64,000 nucleotides of DNA from Candidatus Cloacimonadales bacterium (GCA_963662275.1 OY759316.1:3040001-3104000), one strand, 5' to 3'; counted from the stretch's first letter, positions 19,943-30,323 are shown. Notes: generated by a model from the sequence alone, not told the origin. Numbers and translations are program-made.

Positions 19943-20878
19943 ATGCAATATCAAATACATCATTTGCCTTTGGATAAACTTCCTCCCTTGGCAATGAAGT
20001 TTTCTCTCTATTGCCAACCGGATTTTCTTGCTGCATTTGCATCTGCATATCAAGCTGAAGTATTTTATTTAGCTACTTGGAATGGAACCGAATACGTTGC
20101 CTGTATGCCGGTCTTCGAACGAAAAAAACTGGGTTTTCTAACAATCATAAATCCACAGCTTTATTATTATCATTTTCTTTCTTTCAACATGCAGAAGAGT
20201 ATGCATCCGAATCGTATCCAACAACGAAAGCTGGATATATTGGAAGCAATCTCACATTATATGCAGAAAAACTACCATAAAGTATTGTTTAATCTGAACC
20301 CGGAAATCCAGGATATTCGAGGTTTCACATGGACAAAAATGAAAGCCATTCCATTGTATACATATCTTGTATCATTGAAAAATATCAACTCTTCTCACTT
20401 TTTTGTAAATGAACGTAATTCCATTCATAAAGCAGAAAGAGAGGGTGTTACTATTGCAGAATTTATCAATTATAATGAGTTTATCCGATTAATGAAAATG
20501 ACGAATCAAAGGCAGGGAAGAGAATTAGCTCTTTCGGAAGAACAACATATAAAATTACTTCAAGATTTATTCAATATCCAAGCTGTCAGACAGTTTAATG
20601 CGCTTATTGATAATAAGATCATTGCCGTTTTTCTTGTTTTGCAGGATCATGGATTGGATACCGTATATGCTTGGCAGCATTATACTGACCCTGCTTATTT
20701 CAATACAGGGGTCAGCCCTTTTTTCTTTAATACTCTGTTCAACCTTCTCAAAGATGACTTCTCCACATTTGATCTTTGTGGTGCCAACCATCCTGCGATA
20801 TCAAGATATAAAGCAGCACTGGGAGCTAATCTACAAGTATTCTTCAGGATTCAGGGAAATATGCTGACCTGGAAATGA
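19943..20878 (+). CDS. GNAT/FemAB-like acyltransferase
   Basis: R..I.KA...G, FDLCGAN...I..YK...G motifs. Confidence 0.7.
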   Translation: MQYQIHHLPLDKLPPLAMKFSLYCQPDFLAAFASAYQAEVFYLATWNGTEYVACMPVFERKKLGFLTIINPQLYYYHFLSFNMQKSMHPNRIQQRKLDILEAISHYMQKNYHKVLFNLNPEIQDIRGFTWTKMKAIPLYTYLVSLKNINSSHFFVNERNSIHKAEREGVTIAEFINYNEFIRLMKMTNQRQGRELALSEEQHIKLLQDLFNIQAVRQFNALIDNKIIAVFLVLQDHGLDTVYAWQHYTDPAYFNTGVSPFFFNTLFNLLKDDFSTFDLCGANHPAISRYKAALGANLQVFFRIQGNMLTWK

Positions 20879-20879
20879 T

Positions 20880-22337
20880 TTAGAAATCTGTTTCAGCAAT
20901 TAAAGAACAAATCGCATCCTGGATTTTAGTCATCTCTTCATCATTCTTATAATCGTTTATGAGTATCGTAATTGCAAACAGTGTATGATTTCGATTCATC
21001 GCATATCCGCTCAAATTCCTAACATATCGCATAGAACCTGTTTTGGCAAAGATTTTCCCTATCGTGGGAATTGCTTTCATTCGTTTACTCAAGGTACCAT
21101 CCATTCCTGCCATAGGTAATGATGCTAGAAATGTGGAAAACTCTGGTTTTCCAGCCATGTAAACCAGTAGTTTGGAACACTGGGAAGCAGTGCACATATT
21201 ATAGCGTGATAAACCTGAACCATCAGCTATGTATATGGAATCAGGGTTGATATTCATACTTTGCAGCTCATACTTCAAGATGTTAATCGAATTTTTATCC
21301 GTTCTGCCTAATGTAAGTAATAAGGCTTCCGAAGCTAGATTAAGACTTTGTTTATTTGTGAACCTGGTAATCTTCGCTAAAGTTGGAGAAGCATGTTCAA
21401 AAATTAGTGTCATTTTAGGATGTTTCAACTCTTGCATCGAATGAATCACCCGTACTTTCCCCTTGCACTTGATTCCTTTCTGCATCAAAATAGAATGAAG
21501 TATTTTACCGGAAACAACTTCAGGATTGGGAATAGCAAAGAACTCCTCATCCTGATGATTGGGTTTGAGTGAACCGGTAAGCCTGATACCTTTTCCATCC
21601 ATCATAGATGTTAACTGAACAGAGTCTTTTGTAATGTTTGAGTCTGTTACTACATCATTCTGAACAGGAATCTCAATATTCTCAGGTTTCATGATCATGG
21701 CAGGTGATTGACCATCTTCTGTACCGATAAGTACCAGGTAACCTCGATTTTCATTAAAAATGAAACTCGTTCTTTCTGCTGTATAATCATATGCGAGATC
21801 ATCCCAATTCCAGCCTGCCCCCCAGGATTTCACCTGAAAAAGAGTATCCAGGATCACAATATCCCCTTTAATCCTATGAATATGATGAGCCAGTAAGCTA
21901 TCAGCCCAATTTATAAAAACTGTTTCAGCATCTCCTTGATAAAAACGATCTGACATAGAAGGATCACCGGAACCGGCAATTATCAAGTCACCTTTGATCT
22001 TATGACCTTTCATCTTTCCGGTATACATTACTGGAGTTTTATATTGATAATCCTCTCCCAGCTTCAATAAACATACAGATGTAGTAAACAGCTTTTGGAT
22101 GGATGCAGGTGTCATGTAAGCATTGGCATATTTTGCATATAGCAGGGAATCATTTGATACATCCTGGATATCGATTCCTATACTGGCGCCATTATTCACT
22201 ATTGGAGCTAACAAACTATCGATTCTAGCCGATAGTGTTAATTTTGAATCAGGTATTGGAGTAATAATTTCTTGAGCAAAAAGAGGCAAAACACAGAAGA
22301 AAACGAAAATGGTAAGAACACATATTCTAATCGTCAT
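20880..22337 (-). CDS. dacB: D-Ala-D-Ala carboxypeptidase/endopeptidase PBP4 (peptidase S13)
   Basis: PASIQK (SxxK), SLN (SxN), KTG, GSGDPS, DGSGLSRYN. Confidence 0.9.
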   Translation of the reverse strand: MTIRICVLTIFVFFCVLPLFAQEIITPIPDSKLTLSARIDSLLAPIVNNGASIGIDIQDVSNDSLLYAKYANAYMTPASIQKLFTTSVCLLKLGEDYQYKTPVMYTGKMKGHKIKGDLIIAGSGDPSMSDRFYQGDAETVFINWADSLLAHHIHRIKGDIVILDTLFQVKSWGAGWNWDDLAYDYTAERTSFIFNENRGYLVLIGTEDGQSPAMIMKPENIEIPVQNDVVTDSNITKDSVQLTSMMDGKGIRLTGSLKPNHQDEEFFAIPNPEVVSGKILHSILMQKGIKCKGKVRVIHSMQELKHPKMTLIFEHASPTLAKITRFTNKQSLNLASEALLLTLGRTDKNSINILKYELQSMNINPDSIYIADGSGLSRYNMCTASQCSKLLVYMAGKPEFSTFLASLPMAGMDGTLSKRMKAIPTIGKIFAKTGSMRYVRNLSGYAMNRNHTLFAITILINDYKNDEEMTKIQDAICSLIAETDF

Positions 22338-22420
22338 GATACCTCTTATGAAACCAGTTTTGTTACGTGATGATAAGTCAGTATTTGAGATTTTATGTCA
22401 ATGAAAAGATGAACCGCCGA

Positions 22421-22827
22421 CTTCAGGGGTGACACTTTTACCGGAACGCTGTTTTCAAACGGCTATGCTCTGCAACATCGAACTTCACACTTCGTACTTC
22501 CATAGAACGCACGGGGTGCGTTTTGCCACCTCACGGGGTGAGGCGTTCCTGCTCTGCGAATTCATACTTCCATTGATCCATCTGCTCTACTAATTCGTAA
22601 TTCCCCCTCCTCCAATCTCGTAGAGATGAAATCCGATAGCTAACGTGTAAGCCTCACGAAACCAATCACCAAATCCATCCGAATCTCGTAGAGATGGCAG
22701 ATCATAGCCTGTGGTGGAACGAAGTGGAACCACAGGAAACACGCAATACACCCCCATTTCAAACCCCTTCAAGGGTGACACTTTTACCGGAACGCTGTTT
22801 TCAAACGGCTATGCTCTGCAACATCGA
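22421..22827. repeat. 61-bp direct repeat (22421-22481, 22767-22827) within a REP-rich intergenic mosaic
   Basis: CTTCARGGGTGACACTTTTACCGGAACGCTGTTTTCAAACGGCTATGCTCTGCAACATCGA, one mismatch. Confidence 0.8.
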
Positions 22828-23126
22828 CATTGGATGAACTGCTTTAGCCGTTCATTAGGGTTTCAACCCAATCTGTAGCAACTACTTCAGTCGTTGGATG
22901 AACTGCCGTAGTTCGCGACCTCCGGGCGTGATATATGGCTGCCGGGAAGTCAGCCACTACTGATATAAGGCTGCCGGGACGTCAGCCCCTACTGTTAGAT
23001 TTTTACCATTGAAATGGATTTGGTTTGATGAATCAAACCGGTACAACGAATAAATTCGTTGCTACTGCTCTCCGGAACTTCTGACTTCGAACCTCGCACC
23101 TCACACTTATAAAATGAGCTGGGTTT

Positions 23127-23170
23127 CATCTAGGGATCATCTAGGGATCATCTAGGCATCATCTAGACTT
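23127..23170. repeat. 11-bp tandem repeat CATCTAGGGAT x~4
   Basis: Read directly. Confidence 0.75.
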
Positions 23171-23511
23171 TCTTAGATTTTCTTAGGAAGATGCTTTATT
23201 CATATCCTTTTTCAACCTTTTTGTATTAAAAGATATATCCATATGGCTCATGAACCGCTCCTAAGTCAGATAGTAACCAGGTACTAGTCAGATCCTAACC
23301 AGCTCCTAAAGTATTTTAGAGTTTGAATGGCTTCTGATTAGTAGGTTTTTAGTTTCACATATGTTTGTCTTTCAAGAGACATTTGAAGAAGGTAAGAAGG
23401 ACAGAAGGACAGGAGGAGAAGAGAAGAAGACCCCCCTACCCCCCTTCCCAAGGGGGGATGAAGATTTGCTGCCGTAAATCCCTACCATCTTCCATCTACA
23501 ATCTTAAATTT

Positions 23512-25372
23512 GAGACTGTTCAGGCATTTATTCATAATATACAATAAGTTAGGAAGTATCAAGTTGCGAAAAGTGGTCGAAACGATCATAATTTGATATC
23601 ACTTCCAGAATTGACATATCGGCATCTCCTATAACCCAAACTCTCAAGCTAAGCTTTTTGATTAAAAGCAAAAGATAAGCGATAGTAAGTAATTTTTCGA
23701 CTCCACTATTGACTATAAGTGTATCTAAAAGTATATAAAATAGTTCTTTACAAGTTTATTGCTATAGCTTCAATGGCATTTGTTACCTGGTAACAAAAGG
23801 GAGGATATTATGACAAAAAAACACTCCAATTCAAGAAGCTGTAAGTGTCAGTCATGAAAGTAACCAATACCATGTAAGTATTAACGTACCATGTTCATTT
23901 TGTTTGCCTGAAACGACATCCAACCACAAGTTTTTAATGGTATTCCTCCGCTTAATAACAGGAATAAACGGAGGCAATCTTCTCACATTTCAGCAAATAG
24001 CTAATCTGTTTAACTATGCAGACCGCAGGAATGTGCATAATTTCTGGCAGGAGTTTGAGCAACATGGCAAAGATATTCTGGCGTATCTGAGCCGGAAAGT
24101 TGACCTGCTGGAGTGTATTCCTCAGATCGAGAGTTTTGTTATCGATAACCTGCTTTTACCTTTAAATGTAATGTATCAGGAGTTCATCAGCCATCATGAT
24201 TTTCAAATGTCGTATGCCACTTTCTGCAAATATGCTTCTCAGATCAATGTCCTGTCTGTGGTTAAGCAAGCTCAGAAGCTTCTTCTGAAAAAGACAGTAG
24301 GCAGTGATGCTGTACATCTACTGAAACTGCTTGCCGGTCAGCAAAATACACCTGTTATCTGTGACAGACTCCTGGAACAAATGAAGACTGCTAAAGGCAA
24401 TGCATCGCATAGAATAGCCGATTCAAAGCCATTCCATAGTCTGGAACGCAAGAACCTGTGTCTGCTTGTGCATTACCTGGTTGGAAGCGGTATGAACTTC
24501 GAGACAATAGCTTTGCTGCTCAACACCTGTAAAGCTACAGTCTCAAATCTCTGGCATGAAATCGGTGATTTGCAGAGCCTGATTCTGAACTCAATCGGTA
24601 AGTGGAGCGGAAAGATCAGCATTGATGAGAAATATGTGAAGATCAAAGGTATTCCGTACTATGTCATCAGTATTGTGGATTTTGTGACTCACATCCCTCT
24701 ATTTTGTGAGTTGTATCCTGACACAAAGAAAGAATCATTCGAAGCATGTTTCAGAACCTTCAGACAGCTCTATAGAAAAGATCCTATCCTGGTTGTCAGT
24801 GATGGCAGTAAAGCATTAGCGGCTGCCAGAAAAACCGTGTTTCCCAAAGTCCATTATCAGCTCTGCAAATTCCATAAAATACGAAACCTCTTCAAAAGAA
24901 TCAGTCAATGTCATCTCCCTGAAGAGGGAGACAAGTTCTTTAAGAAGAGGATTATGAAAGCTTTCCGAAGAGAAACGGCGGGCGGAAGGAAAAAGGGTAT
25001 CTCAAGCCTGACAGCTATTACTCCCCCAACCGCCGCCGAATACATCAAAAGCAATATCATTAGTGATTGGAGACACCTCAGCAAAGGTTTGACTTCCAAT
25101 GTCTCTGAACGCTGGAACCGCAAAATCAAGAAAGTGACATCCGGCAGATTTGGTCTAAAATCTGAAGAAACCACTCGCAACCTTGTGTTTTCGCTTTGGT
25201 TCAAAGAACTGGTCGATAAAGGACAACCAATCCTGCGTCAGGAATCGCTTTTAGCCAGTTTAAATATCTCTCGGATATGTCAAGAAAATGTGGACTGGTC
25301 GCACTTAGACCACTTTTTCTCTGTCAGTACCAATAAGGCTGCATAAAATGGAGGTTAATTTTGAACAGTCTC
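23512..25372 (+). mobile_element. Insertion sequence, IS256/Mutator-like, 1861 bp, copy 1
   Basis: Terminal IR GAGACTGTTCA...TGAACAGTCTC; 8-bp target duplication TTAAATTT (23504-23511, 25373-25380). Confidence 0.9.
23904..25346 (+). CDS. DDE transposase (true start probably upstream at 23810 via frameshift)
   Basis: SIDEKY, VSDGS, QLCKFHKIRN (CxxH), TSNVSERWN. Confidence 0.85.
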   Translation: MPETTSNHKFLMVFLRLITGINGGNLLTFQQIANLFNYADRRNVHNFWQEFEQHGKDILAYLSRKVDLLECIPQIESFVIDNLLLPLNVMYQEFISHHDFQMSYATFCKYASQINVLSVVKQAQKLLLKKTVGSDAVHLLKLLAGQQNTPVICDRLLEQMKTAKGNASHRIADSKPFHSLERKNLCLLVHYLVGSGMNFETIALLLNTCKATVSNLWHEIGDLQSLILNSIGKWSGKISIDEKYVKIKGIPYYVISIVDFVTHIPLFCELYPDTKKESFEACFRTFRQLYRKDPILVVSDGSKALAAARKTVFPKVHYQLCKFHKIRNLFKRISQCHLPEEGDKFFKKRIMKAFRRETAGGRKKGISSLTAITPPTAAEYIKSNIISDWRHLSKGLTSNVSERWNRKIKKVTSGRFGLKSEETTRNLVFSLWFKELVDKGQPILRQESLLASLNISRICQENVDWSHLDHFFSVSTNKAA

Positions 25373-25406
25373 TTAAATTTTCAATCTTAAATCTTAAATT
25401 TATTTC

Positions 25407-25453
25407 TTGACAGCCAACTAGTTTGTAATAAATATAGGTTTGTATTGCAAACC
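25407..25453 (+). promoter_or_regulatory. Putative sigma70 promoter with palindromic operator
   Basis: TTGACA at 25407 (weak -10); GGTTTG-TATTG-CAAACC palindrome 25437-25453 upstream of the membrane-protein/regulator operon. Confidence 0.5.
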
Positions 25454-25507
25454 ACAAAGAAGAATGAAGTGATTTGATACCTGATCTAAAATATGGGAGG
25501 ATTAGTG

Positions 25508-26497
25508 ATGAAACAAAATGATGCTTTTGACTCGATCCAGCAATTTGGTCATGAATCGCTGAACAAATATGAAACAGCCGGAGGTTTACTGGATATCGGT
25601 TGCGGAATCTATCTCCTGGCTTCCAGTTCTTTTCTGTTCGTTCATAAGATTGGATATTGGATGTATCTTTGGTGGATCATACTGCTCGGTCTGTTTCTTA
25701 TCGCTCTGTACTTAAGAAAGAAGATCATCCTTCCCCGTATCGGTATGGCTAAATTCTCAAAACAAATTCAAGAGCCAAAAAGAAATCTGATTTCTCGCAT
25801 TGAGTTGATCATCGTTTTCTTTGTATATTCCTTATGGCTGATAGCAGATCCGCATTTCCTGCCAACTGCCAATATCGTCATGTGTTTCAACTTTGGAATT
25901 ATAGGTTCTAAATCCCTGGCGAAGGTAAAATACTACTTCATAGCAGCCTTTGCTTCTGTACCCTTCATTTACCCATATTTTAAACCGGATTACCAAAACA
26001 CACTGGTTGCAGCATTTTTACTCTTTGTTATGGCTCTAATTTCGAAATGGATTTGGACGAAATCTAGCTGGGAACCTTGTAAAAAAGAAGTGAAACCAAA
26101 GAACTTCCTGCAAATGATTTTTATGCTCATCATTGCATTGGCTATTGAATGCTTCCTATTTACTATTTTCAGACCTGATGTTGCAGAATTCATGAGGAAT
26201 TGGACATCTCATCATACAATATTGACCGTTGGATTGGTAATCTCTATCCTGATGATACTCCTGGGTATTTTGCAGCGGACTCCCCGTATGTATGGTTATG
26301 CCGTTCTTGTCATCGGCATGTCCTCTTTATCGAACCTCATGAATGCCATTCATATCAACCCAGGACTGCTGATACTGAGTTCCGGTATCATCATTCTCTT
26401 ATCAGGTATCCGGATATTGAGACAATTCATCAAAAATAATCCCATATTAGAAGACGATAACTTTCTAGAGGATAAGGTGCTATATGATACAAAATGA
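25508..26497 (+). CDS. Multi-pass membrane protein, paralog 1 of 4
   Basis: MKQND start; G.LDI..G, K....PRIG, F...P C-terminal motifs; GGAGG RBS. Confidence 0.8.
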   Translation: MKQNDAFDSIQQFGHESLNKYETAGGLLDIGCGIYLLASSSFLFVHKIGYWMYLWWIILLGLFLIALYLRKKIILPRIGMAKFSKQIQEPKRNLISRIELIIVFFVYSLWLIADPHFLPTANIVMCFNFGIIGSKSLAKVKYYFIAAFASVPFIYPYFKPDYQNTLVAAFLLFVMALISKWIWTKSSWEPCKKEVKPKNFLQMIFMLIIALAIECFLFTIFRPDVAEFMRNWTSHHTILTVGLVISILMILLGILQRTPRMYGYAVLVIGMSSLSNLMNAIHINPGLLILSSGIIILLSGIRILRQFIKNNPILEDDNFLEDKVLYDTK

Positions 26498-27458
26498 TAA
26501 GATCGACACAGTCATGAAAAACACATTTCTTATGTATAATATTGAAGATGGTTTTTTTGACATTCTTTTTGGGTTTTCATACTTGATCTACTCTTTTCTA
26601 TTCATGAAATGTAATACAAATCACTGGCTGGGTTTTGTTGTAATTAGTGCTTGTATCCTCATGTTTATCAAAGGAAAGATCGTAAAGCCTCGTATTGGTT
26701 ATGCAGTTTTCAAAAAATATTCCGCCCCTGCTTTTAACAGAGCGATGGTCGCAACGATTTGTACGATTCTAGTATCAACAGCAGGAATCATTCTTTCATT
26801 CCCTCTTGTCAACTCTGTAAAGGAAACTTATAGCTATTTCTATATTTGGGCATTTATCGGATTAGCAATCGTAGTAATTGGCGGAATCAGGCAGCAGGTA
26901 AGATATTACCTTTATGCAGCATTGATGATGGTACCTGTCCTATTTCCTGCTTTTTATCAAAAGAACCCTATTTTCGTTATCATAACTTTTATGTTATTTG
27001 CTCTTTCAATCATGATGATGGAAAAATTCTCAAAGAATGAGCTTTCTCCATCGATCAAACCGCATTATGTGAAATCATTGCATGCAGAAATGATAGTCTT
27101 TGCTTTGTTACTCGGATTGTACATAATACTTAGCTCTTTGTTTCCAAATCTATCAAAGTTCTTCAGCTCCTTATGGGATGAGGATGTGTTTTTTTTATTT
27201 GGTAATTACTTTGGTTTGATTATTTTTGGAATTGGATTAGCACTTTTAGTTAAAAGATTTATGATTTATGCTGCCTGTATTCTTGCGATTATTTATCTTC
27301 CCGCAATTATTCCCTTTTTTAAGCATGCTTTTCTGCCAATGATGATTTTACTTGGAATTTCCATGTTAACAATCGGGTTTGTTCTTCTATTTCGTTTTAT
27401 CAAGAAAAACCCGGTAATTGAAATTTCTGATCAGGAGGAGTTAAATGAAACAAAATGA
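26484..27458 (+). CDS. Multi-pass membrane protein, paralog 2 of 4
   Basis: MIQND, EDGFFDILFG, KPRIGY, RFIKKNP. Confidence 0.8.
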   Translation: MIQNDKIDTVMKNTFLMYNIEDGFFDILFGFSYLIYSFLFMKCNTNHWLGFVVISACILMFIKGKIVKPRIGYAVFKKYSAPAFNRAMVATICTILVSTAGIILSFPLVNSVKETYSYFYIWAFIGLAIVVIGGIRQQVRYYLYAALMMVPVLFPAFYQKNPIFVIITFMLFALSIMMMEKFSKNELSPSIKPHYVKSLHAEMIVFALLLGLYIILSSLFPNLSKFFSSLWDEDVFFLFGNYFGLIIFGIGLALLVKRFMIYAACILAIIYLPAIIPFFKHAFLPMMILLGISMLTIGFVLLFRFIKKNPVIEISDQEELNETK

Positions 27459-28413
27459 TGCAATCGAAACGGTGAAACAAAATACGTATGTCAGATACAA
27501 CATGGAAGATGGAGTGTGGGATATTTTACTTGGTTTTGGCATGGTATTCCTGGCTTTATGCTTACAGTATAACATGCTTTCATTTTTTGGCTTATTTGCT
27601 GTTTTTGCTCCAATGATAACCAGGATTCTAAAAAGAAAATATGTGTATCCCCGCATAGGAGTCGTTTTATTCAGAAAGTACCCGAAAGCTCATCGCCCAA
27701 GAATAATCATGGGTTCAATCTTTGTTATTATCATTTCTTTCATCGGAGTTGCTTTTACTCTTTATACAAAAGCCTCCCCCATCATTACATTCGCTTACTC
27801 CTACCCTTGGGGATTTATCATCCTGGCAATACTCATTGCAGGAGGAATCATGCAGGATAACAAATTCTACTTATATGCCTTCATGATGTGCATTCCCATA
27901 TATTTTACTCATCTATTCAATACCAATACGTATTACCGGAGCATTACAGTCATACTCCTGGTCGTTCTTCTGATTTGCATGGAAAAGATAGTGAAGAAGG
28001 GTACAGTCAAGAAAACGATACAAATCAAGCAGCGTTATGCTCGTTTCGAACATGATTTGGTCATTGTACTCTCTGTGATCGGAGGTATAGCTCTATACTT
28101 CAATATGAAAAATGTATCCCTGGCAAATCAATTAAGGGATTTTGGACTTACGCATCTTTCGATTGTAATTGGCAATTTTGTGGCGTTCCTGCTGCTGGTG
28201 ATCGGTATGGCTTTCACATCATTCAGATATATCCTATACGGGTTTCTACTGAGCGCTATCGTGTTTATCCCCTACCTAATTGCTGACGAAAAGGCTAATT
28301 TGTGGCATTTCCTGCTTTCACTAGGTGTCTTTATTATTTCGATAGGAATTACAGTTCTCATGAGGTTTATTAAAAAGTATCCTGTTCTCGAGGTGACAAA
28401 TGAAACAAAATGA
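27445..28413 (+). CDS. Multi-pass membrane protein, paralog 3 of 4
   Basis: MKQND, EDGVWDILLG, YVYPRIG, RFIKKYP. Confidence 0.8.
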   Translation: MKQNDAIETVKQNTYVRYNMEDGVWDILLGFGMVFLALCLQYNMLSFFGLFAVFAPMITRILKRKYVYPRIGVVLFRKYPKAHRPRIIMGSIFVIIISFIGVAFTLYTKASPIITFAYSYPWGFIILAILIAGGIMQDNKFYLYAFMMCIPIYFTHLFNTNTYYRSITVILLVVLLICMEKIVKKGTVKKTIQIKQRYARFEHDLVIVLSVIGGIALYFNMKNVSLANQLRDFGLTHLSIVIGNFVAFLLLVIGMAFTSFRYILYGFLLSAIVFIPYLIADEKANLWHFLLSLGVFIISIGITVLMRFIKKYPVLEVTNETK

Positions 28414-29392
28414 TGTCATTAATGAAGTAAAACTCGAAACTTACTTCAAATACTTTCTGGAAGATGGGATTGCGGATATCAGAGGGGGTTTAAGCTTAAT
28501 AGCTTTAGGGTTTATATTTCTATACAATCAATTTTCCATAACTCCTATCCTGATCCTGATAGCAATTACATTCTTTCTTAGACCCATGACAAAAAGATTG
28601 AGTGAGAAATATGTATATCCGAGAATCGGTTATGTAGTTTTCAATAAAAAATGCAAAATCAATTTCGAAAATAAACGAACCTATATGCTGTCTGCTTATT
28701 TCGTGATCAGTATATGTCTCGGTGTTGTCTTTTCGCTATCTGTCACTGAATCGACTAAATTTGCCTTTCATTATGTAAATCTGTGGATAACTGGCATACT
28801 ATTTATTCTAACGCTTGGTAGTTTCATGAGGAATGCAAAGTATTATCTCTACGCTGCCATGCTAATTCCTCCCATTGCTTGTCCAGCAACCTTCGCATGT
28901 AATTTCTACTACATCATTGCTAACATTGTTTTCTTTCTGATCGCTATCTCTCTGTTTGAAAAACCGGGTTTCTGGAATGACCAGGAACCGGAGTTATCCT
29001 TGAAATATAGGATATTAGGACACAATATCATATTTATCTTGTCTTCTTTAGCCCTGATATATATGATTTTGATTGTGAGTCATTCGATATATGGAAAATC
29101 AATCACCCATTTCGTTAATCGTCTTTTTGGAACGACTTATGAGAACATAATGATCAGTGTTGTTATCATAATTCAGTTAGGCATCGGTTATTTCCTGCAT
29201 TCCTGGAGAAACATTCTATATGCATTCCTGCTAATTGTTTTAATCAATTTAAAGAGCCTTGCACCATCATTGCTTCTTAATCAGTGGCAAATTGTCATGT
29301 TTTCGGGAATAGTCGTCATGGGGACAGGAATCTATGTTTTGAATAGATTTGTCAGAAAATACCCCATAATAGAGGTTCCTGATGAAAGATAA
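28400..29392 (+). CDS. Multi-pass membrane protein, paralog 4 of 4
   Basis: MKQND, EDGIADIRGG, YVYPRIGY, RFVRKYP. Confidence 0.8.
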   Translation: MKQNDVINEVKLETYFKYFLEDGIADIRGGLSLIALGFIFLYNQFSITPILILIAITFFLRPMTKRLSEKYVYPRIGYVVFNKKCKINFENKRTYMLSAYFVISICLGVVFSLSVTESTKFAFHYVNLWITGILFILTLGSFMRNAKYYLYAAMLIPPIACPATFACNFYYIIANIVFFLIAISLFEKPGFWNDQEPELSLKYRILGHNIIFILSSLALIYMILIVSHSIYGKSITHFVNRLFGTTYENIMISVVIIIQLGIGYFLHSWRNILYAFLLIVLINLKSLAPSLLLNQWQIVMFSGIVVMGTGIYVLNRFVRKYPIIEVPDER

Positions 29393-29726
29393 GCAAAAGG
29401 AAGTAACCTATCCCTTGAATCCAGAACCAGCAATTCCTAACATGGTTGCAGAGGATATCGATAAAATTATTCATGAACCGGGAAGACTGATGATCCTCCT
29501 GCATCTATTTGTAGTTGTGAGTGCTGATTTCATTTATCTGATGAGACAAACAGGACTTTCCAAGGGGAATCTCTCCTCTCATCTCAGCAAATTGGAAGAA
29601 GCCGGATATGTGATGATTATGAAGGAATTCATAGATAAGAAACCACATACCCTGATTTCACTTACGGAAGCTGGAAGAAAGGCTTTTGAAACGTACAAGG
29701 AAACGATTAAGGAGCTGTTGAAGTAG
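29382..29726 (+). CDS. Winged-helix transcriptional regulator (ArsR/MarR-like, HTH_34 type)
   Basis: DKIIHEPGRL, GLSKGNLSSHLSKLEEAGYV, KKPHT..LT..GR.AF. Confidence 0.9.
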   Translation: MKDKQKEVTYPLNPEPAIPNMVAEDIDKIIHEPGRLMILLHLFVVVSADFIYLMRQTGLSKGNLSSHLSKLEEAGYVMIMKEFIDKKPHTLISLTEAGRKAFETYKETIKELLK

Positions 29727-29732
29727 CCATTT

Positions 29733-30117
29733 GCGGAAGCGGACAGCATACAGGGTACAGCGTACAGCGGACAGCGGACAGGGCAGAGAAACAGAAGGGA
29801 ATAGCGAATAGCGGAAGCGGACAGCATACAGGGTACAGCGGACAGCGGACAGCGGACAGGGCAGAGAAACAGAAGGGAATAGCGAATAGCGGAAGCGGAC
29901 AGCATACAGGGTACAGCGGACAGCGGACAGCGGACAGGGCAGAGAAACAGAAGGGAATAGCGAATAGCGGAAGCGGACAGCATACAGGGTACAGCGGACA
30001 GCGGACAGCGGACAGGGCAGAGAAACAGAAGGGAATAGCGAATAGCGGAAGCGGACAGCATACAGGGTACAGCGGACAGCGGACAGCGGACAGGGCAGAG
30101 AAACAGAAGGGAATAGC
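29733..30117. repeat. 78-bp tandem repeat x~5 built from heptamers (ACAGCGG, ACAGGGT, GGAATAG)
   Basis: Units start at 29733, 29811, 29889, 29967, 30045; inverted heptamer tract follows at ~30167-30255. Confidence 0.95.
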
Positions 30118-30323
30118 AAAGCTGCAATCGATTTAACCCGGAGCTACATCTCACTTCTGCTCTGAACTATTCCCTGTATGCTGTCCGCTGTACCCTGTAT
30201 GCTGTCCGCTTCCTGTCTGCTGTACCCTGTTCGCTGTCCGCTGTACCCTGTACGCTTTTTTCATTATTTTCTTTACAGCAAAAACTATGATAATATATGT
30301 AACGCTGGTATATGGGAGGTCTT

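Noticed and set aside
29733..30117. Second CRISPR array
   Set aside because: Units are identical end to end with no unique spacers.
29579..30154. Cys-rich repetitive ORFs (191 and 153 aa) on the - strand
   Set aside because: By-products of the stop-free 78-bp repeat; they overlap the regulator antisense and have no evident RBS.
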